From assembly GCA_022711315.1 (NCBI GenBank), contig JAKLFG010000001.1, forward strand, positions 15,886 to 79,885: a DNA stretch of 64,000 nucleotides, given 5' to 3'. Below the pieces are notes generated by a model. That model was not told the origin of the DNA and did no database searches. It saw nothing but the letters and a program-made list of their open reading frames with translations. This stretch comes from a bacterium (GTDB taxonomy: Bacteria > UBP6 > UBA1177 > JAKLFG01). Of the stretch, positions 57,806-64,000 are shown piece after piece. A program made the translations under genes and the position numbers. The number at the start of each line of letters is the position of its first letter. Within the stretch, counting starts at the first letter, position 1.

Positions 57806-57892
57806 TCGTATCAGGGGAAAATTAATTTGATTTTATGTTTTCCCGACATACAATCCGTCCGTTAAATCATTGACCGACGAGCGAGGATCCCC

Positions 57893-59515
57893 GTGGCCAT
57901 CAAGATCGGCGAATATTTCGTACAGTTCGGCAAGATCACCCGCCAGCAACTCACTCAGGCGCTCGAACTGCAGAAGAAACAGCCCGGCTTCCTCGGCGAG
58001 ATACTCGTCGGCGAGAAGATGATAACGGAGAACGACCTGCTCTCCTACCTCGCCGGCATATTCAATCTCCAATACATCACGAGCGAGAAACTCGAAAAGA
58101 TGACCATCCAGCCCAACATAGCCCAGATCGTTCCCGAGAAGATCGCCGAATCGAAACTCCTGTTCCCCCTCAAATACGAGTTCAAGGGGGGCAAACTCTC
58201 CCTGCTCACCCATGCCCCGCAGAACAAGGCGGTCTTCGACGAACTCAAACTCATCCTCGACAATGTGCACGACATCACGCCGGTCATCGCCTACTCGAAG
58301 TCGATAAAGGCGATAGTCGCCAAACAGTACCGCGGCGACCTCATTGCGTTCGACCGCTATTTCCCCAAGAGCGTCGATCTCAAGGAGGATTTCCTGCCGG
58401 TCGGCGAATCGGTGCTCGACAAGGACATGCTCAAGCAGGATGCCCCGCGCAAGGATTTCTCGGGGACGCGCAAGACCTCGTTGACCCAGATCATCAACCG
58501 CGGCGAGATACTGCAGGCCGACGGCGACACGACCATCACCAACCGCGTCAACCGCCTTCAGAACGGCGTCACCGTGCTCGGACACGAGGAGTTCATCGAG
58601 GCGGTCAAGGTCTTCACCTCCATCGTCGACTCGATACGCGAGGGGGCGTTCAAGAACCACACCCAGCGGGTCGTATCGCTCTGCATCAAACTGGGCAAGG
58701 CCTACCAGTTGAACGAGGTCGAGATGGACGAACTCGTCGTCGCCGCCTACCTGCACGACGCGGGGAAAAAGAAGCATGTCACCTCGTTCGACATCAAGGA
58801 CAAGGCGTGCGCCGACACCATCATCAAATACACCTCGGCCGGCGTCCGGCTGTTCTCCGGATGCAACCTCCCGAAGAACACCAAGAACATCCTGTCGAAC
58901 ATGTACGAGGTCGCGAGCGGCGAGGGCTACCCGCAGGGACTCAAGACGAAGGACATCCCGATCGGCGCCCAGATACTCCTGCTCGCCGACACCTTCGACT
59001 ATCTTTCGCAGGTGTCGGCCATCCCGGCGCCGACCGCCTTCTTCCGGATAAAGGCAACGGGCCACTTCGACGAGAAACTCCTGAACACGCTCAAGGAGGA
59101 GATGCAGATAAACACGACGGCGGCGGGCCGAGTGAAACTGGCCGGCGTCGTCGTGACCGAGAACCGCGAACTGCTCGATCAACTGGCGCAGGAATTCGGC
59201 AACCACAATGTGCAGGTCTTCACCGCCCCGCAGATAGAGATAGCGGCACTCATCCTCAAAAAACAGGGGGAGGCGGGGATGAACTTCGTGCTCGCCGACA
59301 TCAATGTGCGCAACTCGCAGTACACCCCGTTCAAACTGCTCTCAGCGCTCCGGGCCAAGGGGATATTCCGCAAGACGCATTTCTTCATGTTCGCCACCGG
59401 CGGCATCACGGCGCAGGACAAGGAGCAGGCTACGCAACTGCAGGCATCAGGCCTGTTCCCGAACCTTCAGATCGAAAAGGCGGTGCTCGATATCATCGCC
59501 CGATCGTCGTCATAG
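57893..59515 (+). CDS. MshEN/T2SSE_N-like domain - degenerate HD-GYP domain - receiver-like domain protein
   Basis: GTG start. N-terminal KIGEYFVQFGKITRQQLTQALELQ-KKQPG-FLGEILVGEKMITENDLLSYL. Central HTQRV...YLHDAGK...SGEGYPQGL...IPIGAQILLLADTFD. C-terminal ~120 aa look like a CheY-like fold but lack canonical acidic pocket residues. Confidence 0.8.
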   Translation: MAIKIGEYFVQFGKITRQQLTQALELQKKQPGFLGEILVGEKMITENDLLSYLAGIFNLQYITSEKLEKMTIQPNIAQIVPEKIAESKLLFPLKYEFKGGKLSLLTHAPQNKAVFDELKLILDNVHDITPVIAYSKSIKAIVAKQYRGDLIAFDRYFPKSVDLKEDFLPVGESVLDKDMLKQDAPRKDFSGTRKTSLTQIINRGEILQADGDTTITNRVNRLQNGVTVLGHEEFIEAVKVFTSIVDSIREGAFKNHTQRVVSLCIKLGKAYQLNEVEMDELVVAAYLHDAGKKKHVTSFDIKDKACADTIIKYTSAGVRLFSGCNLPKNTKNILSNMYEVASGEGYPQGLKTKDIPIGAQILLLADTFDYLSQVSAIPAPTAFFRIKATGHFDEKLLNTLKEEMQINTTAAGRVKLAGVVVTENRELLDQLAQEFGNHNVQVFTAPQIEIAALILKKQGEAGMNFVLADINVRNSQYTPFKLLSALRAKGIFRKTHFFMFATGGITAQDKEQATQLQASGLFPNLQIEKAVLDIIARSSS

Positions 59516-61883
59516 AACACCCGCCCCCGTCCGTCGTCTTTTCCTTGTCATCATCTTCCGGCGTCGCGACGCATTCGCCGTAGGAACAGTAGCCGTCAAG
59601 CCCGTCGGTCGTCTCGCAGGGCTTGCCGTTCTGGCCGAGATCCTGCAAGGCGATGCAGGCGCCCTCCGCCGATTCGTCGCACACCTGATACCGGCAATCG
59701 GCGGTCTCGTCGCACACCACCGCGTCGCCGACGCATTCTCCCGCCACGCAGGCATCGCCGGTAGTGCAGTGATAGCCGTCGTCGCAGGACTCGCCTTCCT
59801 TTTCCGGCGCGGCGCGGCAGGCGCCGGTCGCCGGATCGCACTCCCCGCGGGCGCAGGGACCGTCGAACAGCGAACAGTCGGTCGCTCCCTCGTACTCGCA
59901 GGCGCCGGCGCGACACACCGAGCGGTCGAAGCACTTGTTCTCCTCGCCGCCGCAGGGGACCCCGTCCATGCTCGAAACGGTAAGGCACCCCTTGGTCGCC
60001 TCATCACAGACGGCGGTGCGGCACACGCCCGACGGCGCGGGGCAGACTATCGGTGCTTCACGCAGGCCGCAGTACCCCTCGTGGCACCGCTCGACGCCGT
60101 TGCAGAAGAGGCCGTCGTCACATTCCGTATCGGAAACGCAGGCCCGTACGCCGCTTGAAAGCGTCGGGTCGCCGAAATAGTTTATCTCCATCTTCATGGT
60201 CTTCAGCACCGACCGGCTGGACCAGTATTTTTTGTATTCGGCGAGTTCCAGCGCCGGTGAGCGGCCCTCCAGCACCGCCTGCGAGAATACCGTGCCGTAG
60301 GCGAACACATCCTGCGCCTGCGACGGATCGTACTCGGAGAAAATGACGCCGTAACTGACCTGCGAGGAGGCCGCGACGCCGACAGCCGTGTCGCGAAGCA
60401 TCGTGTAGGCGATGTTGTACGGCTCGTCCACATCGCCGTTCAGGCAACTGCCCATATAAACGAAGGAGGGCATATCGCCCGGCAACTGCGGGGTCGTGTA
60501 GGCGGCGACGAACACCTCGGACGATATCTCGTAAGAAGAGGGGATCCCGTCGCCGTTATCGTGGTGCCAGATCGACCGGACCGACATCGTCGGCAGACCG
60601 TGCCCCATCCAGAACACAAGACCGGATCCGTTGTTCCACGCCACGACCATGTCCTCGGCGGTGAGTTTACCCCATCCGGTGAACTCGGAGGGATCGAGCC
60701 CTTCCTTTTCGACGAGCGCCACCATGCTGAAATCTTCGTGCGCGCTGAAAAATGAATTCTCAAGATACTGGGCGATGTAGCCGCCGTCCATCTTGGGGAC
60801 ATACTGGCCGTCCTGATTGGCGTAGTACGGTATCGCGGCGGGGAACAGCGCCTTGCGCCGGTGCGGGGCCAGCGACGGGTCGCCGTTCGCATAGGCGATC
60901 GTGCGGTCGAGTATGCGGTCGAGTTCCACGGTGCCCTTGCCGACGACCGGTATGCGGCCCGGCACGAGTTCCCAGTAGAAATTGAACTCCTTGTCGCTCG
61001 GCTGGGCGTACACACCGTTGCCGTCGGAATCCCAGTCGGTCGTGAGTTCGGCGTAGAAGAAGTCGGTGGGCACATCGTGGTAGGAGGGGTCGTACTCCTC
61101 CTCGTTGACCATGGTGCGGAGCATCGGCACATCGCCACTGTCGGGATGCGGATCGCCCAGAAGGAGCACATAGCCGTATTTCTTGTACACCCCCTTCAGC
61201 CATTCCCGTATCGCCGCGGCCCGCTTGGCTCCCGCGAGCCCGTCGGCGCCGTACTGCGCCTCGGTGGCGACATCGACCGTCCACCCGTGCCGCCGTTTGG
61301 TCGCGACGAACTCCTCGAAACGGAGCGAGGAGGCGACCGTCCGCTCGCTCGTCACCACGATGAGCGACCGGAGCGGTCCGTCGGCGGAGGCAAGCGGTCT
61401 GACGGCGGCGCCTTTCAGCGACACCCGCACGGCACTGATGAAGAGCGCCTCGGTATCCGAGAGAGGTATGAGCGGATACACGAGCACCTCGTGGACCGGC
61501 GTTCCGCGGCGGTCGCCGCCCGGCAGATGGACGAAGAAATCGCGCGCGGTCGGCAGGACAAGCGACGAGGCCGGCGGGACGACCGGAACGGCGCCGCCCG
61601 GCGACAGCCGGTACAGCGTGCGTCCGACCGCGAGCGGGCCGGGCAAACGCACCTTCTCCGACGCGACGATCTCGACCCGCTCCACCGGCGTTTCGAAACG
61701 GTACACCAGATACGGAAGCATCTTCTTGCCGCCGATCGACTCGGTCAGCGCCCCGGGGATCCTCGCCACGAAGCCGTGATCCACCTGATCGAAAGAGAGA
61801 GGTCCGGTCGCGATATCGACCGTTGCCGCGAAGAGCGGCGCGCCGAGCACGATGATGATAAGCGATAGGATCCTGTTCCTCAT
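59493..61883 (-). CDS. Exported C25 (gingipain-like, clan CD) peptidase-like protein with Cys-rich repeats and GGC tail
   Basis: ATG at 61883 behind GGGAGA. Signal peptide. Putative His (FWMGHGLP) and Cys (YMGSCLNG) dyad context. About 190 aa of Cys-rich repeats (C..D..C.DG..C.G...C). It ends DGGGCSMTTIGR. Confidence 0.65.
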   Translation of the reverse strand: MRNRILSLIIIVLGAPLFAATVDIATGPLSFDQVDHGFVARIPGALTESIGGKKMLPYLVYRFETPVERVEIVASEKVRLPGPLAVGRTLYRLSPGGAVPVVPPASSLVLPTARDFFVHLPGGDRRGTPVHEVLVYPLIPLSDTEALFISAVRVSLKGAAVRPLASADGPLRSLIVVTSERTVASSLRFEEFVATKRRHGWTVDVATEAQYGADGLAGAKRAAAIREWLKGVYKKYGYVLLLGDPHPDSGDVPMLRTMVNEEEYDPSYHDVPTDFFYAELTTDWDSDGNGVYAQPSDKEFNFYWELVPGRIPVVGKGTVELDRILDRTIAYANGDPSLAPHRRKALFPAAIPYYANQDGQYVPKMDGGYIAQYLENSFFSAHEDFSMVALVEKEGLDPSEFTGWGKLTAEDMVVAWNNGSGLVFWMGHGLPTMSVRSIWHHDNGDGIPSSYEISSEVFVAAYTTPQLPGDMPSFVYMGSCLNGDVDEPYNIAYTMLRDTAVGVAASSQVSYGVIFSEYDPSQAQDVFAYGTVFSQAVLEGRSPALELAEYKKYWSSRSVLKTMKMEINYFGDPTLSSGVRACVSDTECDDGLFCNGVERCHEGYCGLREAPIVCPAPSGVCRTAVCDEATKGCLTVSSMDGVPCGGEENKCFDRSVCRAGACEYEGATDCSLFDGPCARGECDPATGACRAAPEKEGESCDDGYHCTTGDACVAGECVGDAVVCDETADCRYQVCDESAEGACIALQDLGQNGKPCETTDGLDGYCSYGECVATPEDDDKEKTTDGGGCSMTTIGR

Positions 61884-62000
61884 GGGTATCTCCCTATTGG
61901 TCCATCCATCTCTCTCCCGCCCGTGACGCAAAGGACGCGCCCGATTTTTTTCATCAACGCATCCTGCTAGTTGGCGACCGACGGGACCGGATACCCGCCT

Positions 62001-62729
62001 CTATTCGGGGAGGGTCACTCCGGCCGTGTAGCCGACGACATGGCGGGCGAGCCCCACCGCGACGGTGACGGCGTTCTCGACGCGCAGGACCGGGGTCCGC
62101 AGCGAGGCGAACGAAAGTCCGGCCCGCTCGAAGAAGCACAGATCGCTCTCGTCGAACCCGCCCTCGGGGCCTATCCACAGGTAGATATCGCCGTCTCCCT
62201 CGAAGTGCTCAAGGGTCACCGGCCGGTCGGCCTCGGGGTGGAACACGATATGACGGCCCGGCCGCTTGACGATGACCTCGCGTCCCGCGCCGCGGATGTC
62301 GGGCAGGCAGCGACGCTGGCTCTGCGAGGCGGCCGACACGATGATCTGCTCGATGCGCTGGACCCGTTTGAGCATCGCCGTCTCGGGCACATTACTGCGG
62401 CCCGCGCGGAACAGGAAGAACCCGTGCGCCCCCGCCTCCACCCCGTTGCGGACCGCCTCTTCAAGCCGCGACCACTCGATGGCGGCGATAACCACGAACA
62501 CCCGGCGTCCCCGCGATGCGACATCGTGGCGGGCTCGCACCTCGAACAGTCCCTCCTTGCGTGACAGTTCGGCAAGCACGGTCTCGTATACGACCCCTTC
62601 GTGGTAGAAGAACACCGGCTCCTCGCGCCCGACCCGACGCACCTTGAAGAGATAGTGGGCCTCCTCCTCGCTTACCGCGATCAGGCGGTCGTCGGTGAGT
62701 CGCAGTTCTCTCTTGACGAGATAGATCAC
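62001..62729 (-). CDS. rsmE: 16S rRNA (uracil1498-N3)-methyltransferase
   Basis: PUA-like N-terminus (EEAHYLFKVRRV) and SPOUT C-terminus (GPEGGF...LRVENAV). Confidence 0.88.
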   Translation of the reverse strand: MIYLVKRELRLTDDRLIAVSEEEAHYLFKVRRVGREEPVFFYHEGVVYETVLAELSRKEGLFEVRARHDVASRGRRVFVVIAAIEWSRLEEAVRNGVEAGAHGFFLFRAGRSNVPETAMLKRVQRIEQIIVSAASQSQRRCLPDIRGAGREVIVKRPGRHIVFHPEADRPVTLEHFEGDGDIYLWIGPEGGFDESDLCFFERAGLSFASLRTPVLRVENAVTVAVGLARHVVGYTAGVTLPE

Positions 62730-62730
62730 T

Positions 62731-63492
62731 CTAGGAATTCCGGATGATGAAGTTCATCAGTTCCTTCTGCTGTTTGTCGCTTTCGAAAAGGAACAGCACC
62801 CCCACGCCGATGATGCGCCGCGCATCATCGGGATGCGGGATATGGCGCGCCACGCGGGCCTTGAGAATGAACTGTTTGTGAACGGTGCGGTCCTCGAGGA
62901 TGACGACGACCTCCTCTCCCTCCTTGAGCGGCTCAGTGGTCTCGAACGACATCCCGCACATGCTGATGTCGCGGGTCTTGAAGTTCGCGACCTGCTCGTT
63001 GATGAACACCTCTATTGGCACCGATATCCCCACGCGGGGCTGGCGGCGCTGATCGCTTCCCTTTTTGTCTGGCGGCAGGGTGGGGCGGTTCGCGTCTCGG
63101 GTCTTGAGGACCTGCGCGATATCGTGCCGCACCCGGATGTAGTTGCCGCCGACCATCATCATGCTGAGGTCGGATAGCTCGCTCTCCTCCTTGAGTATGC
63201 GCTCCTCGATGAGCTCGTAACTCTTATCGTCGAGTTTCACCCCGATGCCGGCCGGCATCACGCGCCCCGGCAGTTGTATCTCGCGCGGCCGTTTCCACGA
63301 GACCTGTCCGTGGATGACGACCTCGCTCTTTTCGTCGGTCACGACGAACCTGATCTCGACGCCCCCCCCCACCTTGATCGTCTCGTAGTTCGGCAGGAGT
63401 GCGAGGTTCACGAAGATGTCGGACGCCGGACCGATCGGGAAATACTGCTCGCGGATCGACCGCTTGGTCGTCTCGATACTCAGTTTGATCAT
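62731..63492 (-). CDS. PilZ-domain protein (N-terminal PilZ-like half plus canonical C-terminal PilZ)
   Basis: C-terminal RRQPR (RxxxR) and DISMCG (D/NxSxxG). The N-terminal half ends ...AGIGVKLDD, as in PilZ-like beta-barrels. Confidence 0.8.
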   Translation of the reverse strand: MIKLSIETTKRSIREQYFPIGPASDIFVNLALLPNYETIKVGGGVEIRFVVTDEKSEVVIHGQVSWKRPREIQLPGRVMPAGIGVKLDDKSYELIEERILKEESELSDLSMMMVGGNYIRVRHDIAQVLKTRDANRPTLPPDKKGSDQRRQPRVGISVPIEVFINEQVANFKTRDISMCGMSFETTEPLKEGEEVVVILEDRTVHKQFILKARVARHIPHPDDARRIIGVGVLFLFESDKQQKELMNFIIRNS

Positions 63493-64000
63493 GAGAACAA
63501 CGCCTCCGTAAAGTCATCGGCACTGAAAGGACGCAGGTCATCGGCCGCTTCGCCGATACCGGCGAAATAGACCGGTATCGCGAGTTCCCGCGCGATGCCG
63601 ACGAGCGCGCCGCCTTTCGCCGTGCCGTCGAGTTTCGTCGCTATGATGCCGGTTATCGGTATAGCCTCGCCGAACTCGCGGGCCTGCGCCACCGCGTTCT
63701 GCCCGTTGTTGGCGTCGATGACCAGTATCGTTTCGTGCGGCGCTCCGTCGAGCGCCTTGCCGAGGACGCGGTGCACCTTGCGCAGTTCCTCCATCAGATT
63801 GACGCGATTCTGTAGCCGCCCCGCCGTATCGACGATGACGATATCCCGGCCGCCGGCGACCGCCGAGTTCACGGCGTTGAAGGCGACCGCCGCAGGATCG
63901 GCGCCCTCCTTCTCGCTGATCACCTCGGCGCCGGTCCGTACGCCCCATGCCGCGAGTTGTTCGACCGCGGCGGCCCGGAAGGTATCGCCCGCCGCGAGCG
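63489..64000 (-). CDS. ftsY: Signal recognition particle receptor FtsY, C-terminal part (5' end outside window)
   Basis: GDTFRAAAVEQL (read from 64000 downwards), DTAGR and TKLDGTAKGG. The protein ends shortly after the G domain. The M at 63923 in the ORF track is an internal GTG (Val). Confidence 0.9.
   Translation of the reverse strand, partial: LAAGDTFRAAAVEQLAAWGVRTGAEVISEKEGADPAAVAFNAVNSAVAGGRDIVIVDTAGRLQNRVNLMEELRKVHRVLGKALDGAPHETILVIDANNGQNAVAQAREFGEAIPITGIIATKLDGTAKGGALVGIARELAIPVYFAGIGEAADDLRPFSADDFTEALFS

Overview
High-GC (about 65% by eye) bacterial chromosomal window with Gram-negative-type envelope genes. The core content is: purF (partial) and mazG; a sigma-54 two-component pair; ftsH flanked by two aminotransferases and a PEGA-domain Ser/Thr kinase; purH-purD-engB; parA-parB; trpS; a DEAD-box helicase; and a complete 16-gene dcw cluster on the minus strand (mraZ-rsmH-ftsL-ftsI-murE-murF-mraY-murD-ftsW-murG-murC-murB-ddl-ftsQ-ftsA-ftsZ, 53056 down to 35203) followed by a translationally coupled radical-SAM gene. 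The window ends with rsmE, a PilZ protein and ftsY (partial). At least four visibly lower-GC patches are interspersed (about 4.3-5.1 kb, 23.8-25.8 kb, 29.4-31.0 kb, 53.2-55.0 kb). There is also a dense set of exported proteins and lipoproteins carrying cysteine-rich or eukaryote-like modules: DUF1566, VWC-like, Kazal-like, Sel1, beta-propeller and a C25-like peptidase. The most interesting observations are three. (1) Four exported proteins share a very short C-terminal acidic-GGC-hydrophobic tail. Two of them sit in one operon with an unassigned 4-TM protein and a 1038-aa beta-propeller lipoprotein. (2) A monocistronic gene for a signal-peptide-bearing metallothionein-like CxC peptide has a sigma-54 promoter and is divergent from an NtrC-type regulator/kinase pair, a ZraP/ZraSR-like layout. 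(3) One protein fuses an MshEN-type c-di-GMP-binding motif to a degenerate HD-GYP domain and a pseudo-receiver. I saw no rRNA, tRNA or CRISPR array. Many very long ORFs antisense to the real genes are GC-driven artefacts. Domain content (PEGA kinase, bEBP, PilZ, Cys-rich repeats) is reminiscent of Myxococcota/Bdellovibrionota-like lineages, but that is only a weak inference. All homology statements come from motif recognition by eye, not from database searches.
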